From the NCBI GenBank assembly GCA_039809905.1, contig JBDHVY010000001.1:1110001-1142000 (forward strand): DNA of 32,000 bases, given 5' to 3'. The notes under the pieces are model-generated. The model was not told the origin of the DNA and searched no databases. It was given only the letters and a program-made list of their open reading frames with translations. Both the position numbers and the translations under genes were made by a program. The stretch comes from Candidatus Babelota bacterium (GTDB taxonomy: Bacteria; Babelota; Babeliae; Babelales; Vermiphilaceae). Of the stretch, positions 9,627 to 17,227 are shown one piece after another (position 1 is the first letter of the stretch; each line of letters starts with the position of its first letter).

Positions 9627-10468
9627 TATATAGCTTGCATATAGAACTTATAATAATTGCAGTTGTTACTGCTATTACGTGTTCGTTGCCAGGAGTTTTT
9701 TTAGTGCTTCGTGGTGTTGCTATGATGAGCGATGCCATTAGCCATGCAATACTGCTTGGTATTGCAGTAATGTTTTTATGTGTAAAAAGGCTCGATTCGC
9801 CATTACTTCTTCTGGGGGCTACTGCAGCAGGAGTATTGACCGTAGCATGCACGCAGATGGTTATAAAAAGTAAACGTCTTAAGCAAGATGCTGCAATTGG
9901 ACTTATTTTTCCTCTTTTTTTTTCTCTTGGAGTTGTTTTAATTTCCCTATATGCCCGTAACGTGCACCTTGATATAGATATGGTGCTATTGGGCGAATTG
10001 GGGTTTGCGCCCTTTAATCGAGTACTGATTGGTACTGTTGATTGCGGTCCTTATGCATTGTGGGTTGTTGGAGCTGCATTATTGCTCAATAGTTGTTTTA
10101 CGCGCCTTTTTTATAAAGAACTCGTGGTAACAACATTTGACGCTACTTTAGCAACAATGGCTGGTTTTACGCCTGCTTTTTTTTATTATTGCTTGATGAT
10201 TATAACGAGCATTACGGCCGTTGCTACCTTTGATGTTGTAGGATCGATAATGGTGGTGGCGCTTATGATAACACCAGCAGCTACCGCTTATCTGGTGGCA
10301 GAAAAGGTTGATCATATGATAGGATTTAGTCTTTTTTTTGCGAGTCTTTCAGCAATTTTTGGCTATATCTTTGCCTTTTGGGCGGATGTTTCAATAGCTG
10401 GATCTATTGCGTGTATGACGGGGATATTTTTTACGGGAGTGCTTGCTAGGTTAAGGTTTTCTATTTGA
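9623..10468 (+). CDS. Metal ABC transporter permease 2 (TroD/SitD-like, ABC-3 family)
   Basis: Track ORF 9494..10468 trimmed to ATG 9623-9625, which overlaps the TGA stop (9624-9626) of permease 1 as ATGA (translational coupling). Paralogous motifs: GVAMMSDAISHAILLG, VGSIMVVALMITPAATAYL. Confidence 0.86.
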   Translation: MIYSLHIELIIIAVVTAITCSLPGVFLVLRGVAMMSDAISHAILLGIAVMFLCVKRLDSPLLLLGATAAGVLTVACTQMVIKSKRLKQDAAIGLIFPLFFSLGVVLISLYARNVHLDIDMVLLGELGFAPFNRVLIGTVDCGPYALWVVGAALLLNSCFTRLFYKELVVTTFDATLATMAGFTPAFFYYCLMIITSITAVATFDVVGSIMVVALMITPAATAYLVAEKVDHMIGFSLFFASLSAIFGYIFAFWADVSIAGSIACMTGIFFTGVLARLRFSI

Positions 10469-10528
10469 CAATTTTTATAAATAGGGTATCCTATCTATAA
10501 TATACAATATTGTCACAAAGGAGGACAT

Positions 10529-10873
10529 ATGGAAAAGAAAGCACTTATTTTAAGCCTGTTATCCTTATTTTCTATAGCTACGTCTGTTACTTGTTTTGGC
10601 AGAGTAGATCATGACCGAGCCAATCGTCAGCAAGCTAATCATCAGCCCAATAATGATCTTAGTGTTCTTGCTATTGGTTGTACTTTTTGTGCTGCTATGG
10701 CTGGTGGATTATATCTAATAGCACCAAAAATTAATTCTCAGGAAGAAAAGCCCTCAGATAATGAAGAAAACAATCAAAAAATTGATGCAAAAGAGCTCTC
10801 GACAACAGCTTTTGCCCTCTGTATGACCGTAGTCGCTTGTATTTATGATGATGAAGTAAAAAATGGGCATTAA
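10529..10873 (+). CDS. Hypothetical small exported/membrane protein
   Basis: Strong SD (aaggagg, 10518-10524) 4 nt upstream of the ATG at 10529. Signal-like MEKKALILSLLSLFSIATSVTCFG, a central TM (LAIGCTFCAAMAGGLYLIA) and a C-terminal hydrophobic stretch. Confidence 0.5.
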   Translation: MEKKALILSLLSLFSIATSVTCFGRVDHDRANRQQANHQPNNDLSVLAIGCTFCAAMAGGLYLIAPKINSQEEKPSDNEENNQKIDAKELSTTAFALCMTVVACIYDDEVKNGH

Positions 10874-10911
10874 TTTTGTTTTGTGTAAATACTCATGTTT
10901 TTAGGTAAGAT

Positions 10912-11955
10912 ATGAATAAGCAATATCAAGCATTTGCTTTGCTCCTGGTTTTTTTAGTTAGCAATAGCGAATGTTCTACTTTTCAAAAAGCACAGGATCA
11001 GGCAATAACATACGCATTTAATACAGCTGTATTAAGTGGAATTATCTATCTGGGTGGAAAAGTAATAGCGCAGCATGAAGTAAAGACTTTGCCAGATGCC
11101 TCACCGCATGTTCAACAATGGGCACGAAAAATTTTTGCAGAAAAAGGGCTAAAAGATGCTGCCTTGGTTCCATTAAAAGTGGGTGATCAGTGGGCAGTCG
11201 GTGGTGGTTCTTTTATTCAAATTGGGTTTAAAGATGAACAGGGGTTGAATACGGTTCTATCAGGAAAATCAAAATTATCTGAAGCAGAACAAAAAAATCT
11301 CCTTGCTGAAAAAGAATATGAAATTCTTCATGAATTAAATCATTATCAAAATGGTGATTTTGGTAAAATATGTTTGGTAACAGGGGCTGTAAGTTCTCTG
11401 GTATTTCCAGTCATAAGAGGAAAAAATGTTGCATTTGGTATGCCTTCTCTCAGTACAGAAACGCTAAAATCAGTTGGGGCTGCTGGCGTTAGTCTATACT
11501 TTACTCCTTATATTAGTATTCCTTATCGAAGATATCAAGAAACAGAAGCAGATCACTATGCTTTTATGGATATATCTTCTTTTAAAAATATTAAAATAGT
11601 CAAAGCTAATCTACAATCTAAAGCAGATATTTGTGAGAAAGTGTTTTTGGATGATAGCATGAACACCCAATTGAATGATCATAGAGGTTTTTGCGGAAAA
11701 CAACTTAATCCTGCTATATTAAAATCACTGCAGGGCATTGAAAAAGACATGGCAGAGACTGATAATGATGCGGATAAACTGTTAGAATTACGCGGTAAAA
11801 AAAGAAGATTAATAGAGTTATCCCATTTATTGTTAGATCCGGACCATCCTAGTTTTCAAACGCGTGCTGAGCTTGCGCAAGAGTGCTATGATAAAAGGAA
11901 AGCACAGCATAAAGAACGCTTTAAGCGGACTCTTAACGTTCTTTTAAGCAAGTAA
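10912..11955 (+). CDS. Putative membrane zinc metalloprotease, HtpX/M48-like (divergent)
   Basis: HELNH (HExxH) at codons 140-144 (11329-11343). It is followed by two hydrophobic segments and then YRRYQETEADHYAF, which matches the M48 pattern HExxH...E-x-x-AD with the HtpX-like TM arrangement. Assignment by motif only. Confidence 0.55.
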   Translation: MNKQYQAFALLLVFLVSNSECSTFQKAQDQAITYAFNTAVLSGIIYLGGKVIAQHEVKTLPDASPHVQQWARKIFAEKGLKDAALVPLKVGDQWAVGGGSFIQIGFKDEQGLNTVLSGKSKLSEAEQKNLLAEKEYEILHELNHYQNGDFGKICLVTGAVSSLVFPVIRGKNVAFGMPSLSTETLKSVGAAGVSLYFTPYISIPYRRYQETEADHYAFMDISSFKNIKIVKANLQSKADICEKVFLDDSMNTQLNDHRGFCGKQLNPAILKSLQGIEKDMAETDNDADKLLELRGKKRRLIELSHLLLDPDHPSFQTRAELAQECYDKRKAQHKERFKRTLNVLLSK

Positions 11956-11969
11956 GATCTAACTTCATT

Positions 11970-11998
11970 TTGCGTTATTTAAAGAAATCACGTATAAT
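11970..11998 (+). promoter_or_regulatory. Candidate sigma70-type promoter for rpmF-plsX
   Basis: TTGCGT (11970-11975), 17-bp spacer, perfect TATAAT (11993-11998), about 64 bp upstream of the rpmF ATG. An AT-rich genome makes chance matches common. Confidence 0.35.
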
Positions 11999-12061
11999 AG
12001 ACCTATATATTTACCATAAATAAAGAATTTACTTATATTTTTAGTTTTTTAGGATGTTGTC

Positions 12062-12319
12062 ATGCCAGTACCGAAACGGAAACGCTCCAGAGCTCGTCGT
12101 GATTCTCGCTTTGCAAATAAGGGTATTAAAGTAAAAGCAATCTCTGGTTGCCTTAATTGCAAAGATCCAATTACTCCTCATACAGCTTGTAAAAACTGTG
12201 GTTTTTACAAAGGTGTTAAAGTGTTAGTAACAAAAGCTGAGAGAAAAGTTAAGCGTCTTGCAGTAAAGGCTCTCAAAAAGCCAGCAAAGCAAGCATCTGC
12301 TGCGTCACAATCTGAGTAA
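12062..12319 (+). CDS. rpmF: 50S ribosomal protein L32
   Basis: MPVPKRKRSRARRDSR N-terminus and CxxC...CxxC zinc ribbon (CLNCKD...CKNCG). Has a Lys/Ala-rich C-terminal extension. Confidence 0.92.
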   Translation: MPVPKRKRSRARRDSRFANKGIKVKAISGCLNCKDPITPHTACKNCGFYKGVKVLVTKAERKVKRLAVKALKKPAKQASAASQSE

Positions 12320-12351
12320 TTATAATAATTTTTCCTAAAGAGGGATTTTCT

Positions 12352-13410
12352 ATGGCGATTGCCGTTGATGTTATGGGGGGCGATTATGCTCCGCAAGAAG
12401 CTGTTCAAGGCGCATTGGCTGCAGCAAAGAAAGGAATCCCTCTTATTCTTTTTGGTAATCAAGATAAAGTAATGCCATTGTTATCGCATTATTGTCCTCG
12501 TTGGCGCTCTCTTCCTATAGAACTTGTCCATTGCGGTGATGTTATTGGTATGGATGAAGATCCACTCAAAGGCATGCTTCGTAAAAAAGATTCCTCTATC
12601 GTTCGTGCATTGCAAGCAGTTAATGCTGGTAAAGCCCAGGCTTTTGTTTCAGCAGGAAATTCAGGAGCGGTTGTTGCAGCTGCAAGCATCATTATAGGAA
12701 GAGTTCCGGGTGTTTTGCGGCCTGCTATCGGCACTTTTTTACCAACTAATCAAGGATCTCTTTTTTGTCTTGATTTAGGGGCAAACCCTGATTGCAAACC
12801 TGAATATCTGGTGCAATTTGCGCATATGGGTTATGCATATACTCGTCTGGTGAAACATATTGCTCAACCACGTGTTGCACTGCTTTCTAATGGGCATGAA
12901 TCATACAAAGGTTCACTGTTAGTTAAAAAAGCTTTTGAGTTGATATCGCAAACTGATATTGAGTTTGTAGGTAATATTGAATCGCGAGATATTTTTTCTG
13001 GACGTGCCGATGTTATCGTAACTGATGGGTTTACCGGAAATATATTGCTGAAAAATATCCAAGGAACAGCAAAAGCGGTTATGGATTGGATGAAAGATGA
13101 AGCATCCCGTTCATTCTTACTTAAAGCATTGCTTGGTTTGACTTATCCTTTGCTCAGCCGCATAAAAAATAAAATTGATTACGCTCGCACGGGCGGTGCA
13201 TTATTGCTTGGTGTAAAAGCACCCATAATCATTGCGCATGGATCATCAAAAGAACCAGCAATTACTCAAGCAATTTTTTTCGCACAAAAAAACGTAGATG
13301 AAAAAATTATTCCCACTTTTAACGAAACGTTGCAACTGCTTTTGGAAAAAAGTGCTGTTACCGTTAAGGCGGCACGACAATCTTCAGTTGTGCGTCAAGC
13401 GCAATTGTGA
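12352..13410 (+). CDS. plsX: Phosphate acyltransferase PlsX
   Basis: MAIAVDVMGGDYAP N-terminus, SAGNSGA, DLGAN, TDGFTGNILLK, GGALLLGV and IIAHGSS motifs. Classic position directly after rpmF. Confidence 0.92.
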   Translation: MAIAVDVMGGDYAPQEAVQGALAAAKKGIPLILFGNQDKVMPLLSHYCPRWRSLPIELVHCGDVIGMDEDPLKGMLRKKDSSIVRALQAVNAGKAQAFVSAGNSGAVVAAASIIIGRVPGVLRPAIGTFLPTNQGSLFCLDLGANPDCKPEYLVQFAHMGYAYTRLVKHIAQPRVALLSNGHESYKGSLLVKKAFELISQTDIEFVGNIESRDIFSGRADVIVTDGFTGNILLKNIQGTAKAVMDWMKDEASRSFLLKALLGLTYPLLSRIKNKIDYARTGGALLLGVKAPIIIAHGSSKEPAITQAIFFAQKNVDEKIIPTFNETLQLLLEKSAVTVKAARQSSVVRQAQL

Positions 13411-13464
13411 TATTTTTTGTTCATATCGCTGGAAATATAGTTAATAAAAAAAATTTATGGAGTT

Positions 13465-14151
13465 GTGATTATGGCTATGCAAAAAGTAAAAACAAATTCA
13501 ATATTTGGAACTATCTTCAATACGTTAAGAGCGCAAAGTAAACCCTTGAGTATTGTTTTGCTCTGTTTAGCAGGGCTTTTTATTTTGTCATGTGCTTATT
13601 CATTTTGGTCAGCACAAAAAGATCGTGCGGCTCAGTATGATTTTAGCGTGCTTATGACAGAGTATGAAACAATATCTCAAGATAAAAATCCAGCGTGGTC
13701 TACATTATTAGAAAAATTTGAAAAGAATTATCAGAAGCATGCAGGTTCTTCATTATTACCATATTATTTGAATTATAAAGTACGTATTTTACTACACCAA
13801 GATAAAAGAGACGAAGCTCTTGAGGTATTAAATACTATAATTGCAAGTAAGTCAGGATCACCTATGCTTTCTCTTTACCATATTGAACGAGCGTTGATTC
13901 AACTGGATGGTAATGATGATGAACAAAGAAAATTAGGACTTAATGCATTGCAAATTTTAGCGCAAGATAAATCTAATCAATATCGTGATAGTGCTCAATT
14001 TTATTTAGGTCGTTATTATTGGGCGATGAATGATATTGATGGAGCTCGTCAAGTTTGGCAACAGCTTGTCGATGACCAGCGTGATGAAAAAATGTCACCA
14101 TCTCCATGGGTATCTTATGTGCAAGATAAACTTAACATCACGATTGTTTAA
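13465..14151 (+). CDS. Membrane-anchored TPR-like protein, YfgM-like (putative)
   Basis: GTG start (ATG alternatives at 13471 and 13477). Single N-terminal TM (LSIVLLCLAGLFILSCAYSFW) followed by a helical-repeat region ending in FYLGRYYWAMNDIDGARQVWQQL. Architecture resembles YfgM/TPR_21; weak by-eye call. Confidence 0.5.
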   Translation: MIMAMQKVKTNSIFGTIFNTLRAQSKPLSIVLLCLAGLFILSCAYSFWSAQKDRAAQYDFSVLMTEYETISQDKNPAWSTLLEKFEKNYQKHAGSSLLPYYLNYKVRILLHQDKRDEALEVLNTIIASKSGSPMLSLYHIERALIQLDGNDDEQRKLGLNALQILAQDKSNQYRDSAQFYLGRYYWAMNDIDGARQVWQQLVDDQRDEKMSPSPWVSYVQDKLNITIV

Positions 14152-14174
14152 AGTTAGTTAGGGATTTAGCAGTT

Positions 14175-15593
14175 ATGGATAAAAAAGTACGTGTTCGTTT
14201 TGCTCCATCACCAACAGGGCATTTGCATATTGGTGGCTTAAGAACAGCGTTATTTAATTGGCTTTTTGCGCGTCATCATGGTGGCGCGTTTTTACTTCGT
14301 ATAGAAGATACTGACGTTGAGCGATCAACACAGGAATATCGTGATTCAATTTTGCATTCATTTGCATGGACTCAATTGGAACATGATGAAGAAATTGTAA
14401 CCCAAAGTGAGCGTATTGCTGAGCATCAAAAAGTTGCAGAGCAACTCATTAAGCAAGGTAAAGCGTATCGCTGTTTTTGTTCACCAGAAGAAGTTGTAGC
14501 GCGTTATGGTAAAGCAACTGATGGTGATGCATTTGTGATGTATGATGGGTATTGCAGGAATCGAACAACGCAAGAAAGTGATAATTCAAGAGCATGTGTT
14601 GTTCGCTTTAAATTACCCGAAGATCGTCAAGAAGTTGTTTTTAATGATCTGATTAAAGGGCCCATTAGCTTCAATTTAGATCAATTTGATGATTTTATTA
14701 TTCTGCGATCTGGCGGATTTCCTATGTATAACTTTGTTGTGGTTGTTGATGATGCCTTTATGAAGATTACCCATATTATCCGAGGTGAAGAGCATATTGT
14801 TAACACACCAAAACAAATTTTGCTTTACCAAGCATGTGGATATGATGTCCCACAGTTTGCTCATTTGCCACTCATTTTAGGACCAAGTGGCGATAAACTG
14901 AGCAAGCGTGATGGTGCAACATCCGTAATTGAATATCGTAAGTCAGGATATATTCCCCATGCATTACTCAATTATTTGGCTCGGCTTGGTTGGTCGCATG
15001 GAGATCAAGAAATATTTTCGTTATCGGAACTTATTCAGCATTTTTCTTTGGATCACATTGGTACAAAAGGTGCCATTTTTGATTTTGAAAAACTTGCATG
15101 GGTAAATAGCGTATATCTGAAAGCAATGACACAAGAAGCGATTCTTGATGCAATTATTGCTGATGTTACTCCGAACTTTTTAACTGATCAGTGTGTTACT
15201 AGAACAGCTGAGGAAGTAAAACAAGTTATCGGGTTATACAAAGAACGAGTAAAAACATTACAGCACATGGTTGAAGAAATTGATCTGGTATTTAATGGCC
15301 CACGTGAACACAATAATGATGATATGCAAAAATGGATTTCAGCTGATTCTCGTCAACATCTGACTGCTATTATAGCAGCTCTGGAAACACAAAATGTTTT
15401 TACGCATGATAATTGTGCAGAAATTGCAAAAGAGCTTGCAACGCAGCTTGGTATTAAGTTAGTAACATTATTACAACCTATTCGTCTTGCCTTGCTTGGT
15501 AAAGCATCCGGTCCGGGAGTATTTGATTTACTTGCGGTAATTGGAAAAGAAGAAAGTATTGAGCGGCTTAGGATGTTTTGCGAGCTGCTTTAA
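14175..15593 (+). CDS. gltX: Glutamyl-tRNA synthetase
   Basis: RFAPSPTGHLHIGGLRTALFNW (HIGH motif), LLRIEDTD, CFC...C Zn-like cluster, HIIRGEEH, KLSKRDG (KMSKS motif), C-terminal anticodon-binding helices. Confidence 0.94.
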   Translation: MDKKVRVRFAPSPTGHLHIGGLRTALFNWLFARHHGGAFLLRIEDTDVERSTQEYRDSILHSFAWTQLEHDEEIVTQSERIAEHQKVAEQLIKQGKAYRCFCSPEEVVARYGKATDGDAFVMYDGYCRNRTTQESDNSRACVVRFKLPEDRQEVVFNDLIKGPISFNLDQFDDFIILRSGGFPMYNFVVVVDDAFMKITHIIRGEEHIVNTPKQILLYQACGYDVPQFAHLPLILGPSGDKLSKRDGATSVIEYRKSGYIPHALLNYLARLGWSHGDQEIFSLSELIQHFSLDHIGTKGAIFDFEKLAWVNSVYLKAMTQEAILDAIIADVTPNFLTDQCVTRTAEEVKQVIGLYKERVKTLQHMVEEIDLVFNGPREHNNDDMQKWISADSRQHLTAIIAALETQNVFTHDNCAEIAKELATQLGIKLVTLLQPIRLALLGKASGPGVFDLLAVIGKEESIERLRMFCELL

Positions 15594-15700
15594 TTTGAAA
15601 ATATAATTTTTTGTAAACAGTTGCTGGTGATAATTCATTCAGTGATGGCTTTAGATATGTTTTAATGAACGTGCCTGTTTAATACAAATAGTTCCTTATT

Positions 15701-15731
15701 CGCGCTCATCCTGAACTTGTTGAAGGATTAA
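15701..15731. repeat. Left arm of perfect 31-bp inverted repeat bracketing the GIY-YIG ORF
   Basis: cgcgctcatcctgaacttgttgaaggattaa is the exact reverse complement of 16057-16087. It lies 25 bp upstream of the ORF start. Confidence 0.9.
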
Positions 15732-15756
15732 GCGCGCTTTAATCAGAGAGTCTAAA

Positions 15757-16101
15757 ATGCAAAATCATTTTTACGTATATATTTTAAAATGTAAGAATGG
15801 AGCTTATTATGTCGGTCATACAGATAATATAGATCAGCGAATGTCACAGCATCATTTGGGCCTGATTGACAATTGTTATACGAAAAAAATGAGGCCTGTA
15901 GAGTTGTTATTTCTACAGGTCTTTTCTACTCGAGATGATGCTTTTCATGCTGAACGTCAAATTAAAGGTTGGTCGCGTAAAAAAAAAGAAGCTTTAATGC
16001 GAGAAGATTGGCAAGAGATAAAGGAGTTAAATGCATTGCAAAAGACGAAGAGCGCTTTAATCCTTCAACAAGTTCAGGATGAGCGCGGCGAAGACTCATA
16101 A
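15757..16101 (+). CDS. GIY-YIG nuclease family protein (small stand-alone UPF0213/YhbQ-like type)
   Basis: FYVYILKCKNGAYYVGHTDNIDQRMSQH (GIY...YVG), then ERQIKGWSRKKKEALM, typical of the short GIY-YIG family. The last approx. 15 codons are encoded by the right inverted-repeat arm. Confidence 0.85.
   Translation: MQNHFYVYILKCKNGAYYVGHTDNIDQRMSQHHLGLIDNCYTKKMRPVELLFLQVFSTRDDAFHAERQIKGWSRKKKEALMREDWQEIKELNALQKTKSALILQQVQDERGEDS
16057..16087. repeat. Right arm of perfect 31-bp inverted repeat (inside the 3' end of the GIY-YIG ORF)
   Basis: ttaatccttcaacaagttcaggatgagcgcg is the exact reverse complement of 15701-15731. Confidence 0.9.
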
Positions 16102-16143
16102 GCGGATTAAAGATATAACGTCTGTTTAATAAGGAATTTATCT

Positions 16144-17067
16144 ATGAAAATAGCATTATTATTTCCTGGATATGGTAATCAATTTGTTGGTATGGGCAAA
16201 GAATTGTATGACGAATATCGCGTTGTGCAAGAATATTTTGAAGAAGCTTCTAATTGTTTGGATATTAATTTTGTAAAGTTATGTTTTGCCTCGTCTGATA
16301 TTGAATTAGGAAAAATTAATAATGCATATACATCTTTGTTTTTAGTTGGTTCTTCAGTATACGCGGTTTTAAAAGAACATGGCATAGAGCCAGATGTTGT
16401 TATGGGCTATAACAATGGAGAAAGTGCGGCATTATTTGCTGCAGGGTGTTTTAGCTTACCTGATGGCCTCTATTTATTAAATAAATTTTCTTCATTTTAT
16501 CAGGAATTTATTGATGAAAATGAAGTTGATGCAATGCAAGTAATTGACTTTTCATCAAGAGATCTTGAAGTTCTTTGTGAAAAAATAAGCACTGATGAGT
16601 ATCCTATTTCGATTGCCATTTATAATAGTCAGACAGATCATATTGTTACAGGAAATCGTATTGGTCTTGGACAATTGCAAGATGCTATTGATGGCAAAGG
16701 AAAAATTGAATTTGTTGGTCCAGAAGTAGGATTACATTCATTATTGATGAATACGATAGTAGATGTATTGAAAAGCTATCTTGAAAAAGTAGATTTTAAA
16801 GATCTTAAAATTCCACTAATTAGTTGTATTGATGGAACTATAGTAACTGAAGGATCTGATACTAAAGATCGTTTTATCCGTCATATTAATTCGCCAATTC
16901 AATTTACCAAAGCAATGGAAAAATTAGTTGATTATGATTGTATTCTTATAACAACTCCTGGTGATGCATTAGCTCAAATGGTGCAGCAACATTATCCTGA
17001 AAAAATGGTTATCTCAATTGCAAAAAAAACAGATGTTGATACATTAAAAGAGACCTTAGGTAAATAG
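16144..17067 (+). CDS. fabD: FabD-family (malonyl-CoA:ACP transacylase fold) protein with substituted catalytic residues
   Basis: Collinear by eye with E. coli FabD: LLFPGYGNQFVGMG (FPGQGSQ), VVMGYNNGESAALFAAG (GHSLGEYSAL), VGLHSLLM (PSHCALM), NSPIQFTKAM (NPVQWTKS). Position next to acpP supports the family. Active-site changes are described in findings. Confidence 0.8.
   Translation: MKIALLFPGYGNQFVGMGKELYDEYRVVQEYFEEASNCLDINFVKLCFASSDIELGKINNAYTSLFLVGSSVYAVLKEHGIEPDVVMGYNNGESAALFAAGCFSLPDGLYLLNKFSSFYQEFIDENEVDAMQVIDFSSRDLEVLCEKISTDEYPISIAIYNSQTDHIVTGNRIGLGQLQDAIDGKGKIEFVGPEVGLHSLLMNTIVDVLKSYLEKVDFKDLKIPLISCIDGTIVTEGSDTKDRFIRHINSPIQFTKAMEKLVDYDCILITTPGDALAQMVQQHYPEKMVISIAKKTDVDTLKETLGK
17031..17067 (+). 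repeat. Copy A of duplicated fabD-like 3' end (the functional end)
   Basis: agatgttgatacattaaaagaga (23 nt, identical to 17118-17140) continues as ccttaggtaaatag. Encodes DVDTLKETLGK*. Confidence 0.9.
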
Positions 17068-17080
17068 TATTTTCTTAATC

Positions 17081-17114
17081 GGGGTCCCCGCGCACAACAG
17101 AGTGGAGCGTGGGG
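17081..17114. repeat. GC-rich hairpin element, copy 1
   Basis: ggggtCCCCGCGCacaacagagtggaGCGTGGGG: 8-bp stem (one G-T pair) and a 13-nt loop. Strikingly GC-rich in an AT-rich intergenic region. A second copy lies at 21607-21641. Confidence 0.8.
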
Positions 17115-17117
17115 CAG

Positions 17118-17154
17118 AGATGTTGATACATTAAAAGAGATGTTAAATAAATAA
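17118..17154 (+). repeat. Copy B (ghost) of the fabD-like 3' end
   Basis: Same 23 nt followed by tgttaaataaataa. In the fabD frame it would read DVDTLKEMLNK*. 32 of 37 nt identical to copy A. Confidence 0.9.
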
Positions 17155-17227
17155 TAATTATAACAAAACATGTTTTTCTCGTTACGAAATTTTCGTACGA
17201 AACAACGTGTAGTATGAGGTATAATCA

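Larger units (their letters stand above)
15685..16131 (+). mobile_element. Candidate inserted GIY-YIG cassette between gltX and the fabD-like gene
   Basis: The 31-bp inverted repeats lie inside imperfect direct repeats: aacgtGCctgtttaata (15668-15684) and aacgtctgtttaata (16117-16131). Deleting one repeat copy plus the intervening DNA would place the fabD-like SD/ATG directly behind gltX. No transposase or integrase present. Confidence 0.4.

Noticed and set aside
12062-12319. L32 is longer than usual (85 aa) owing to a Lys/Ala-rich C-terminal tail
   Set aside because: Basic tail extensions on ribosomal proteins are common lineage-specific features. Not considered noteworthy without comparative data.
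12205-12734. Antisense ORFs 12205..12462 and 12489..12734 over rpmF/plsX
   Set aside because: Shadow ORFs opposite well-supported genes.
15692-16136. Outer 9-bp inverted match ttccttatt (15692-15700) / aataaggaa (16128-16136) as an extension of the GIY-YIG inverted repeat
   Set aside because: It is short, AT-rich and not contiguous with the right arm (a 40-bp gap). It also overlaps the fabD SD region, so chance is likely.
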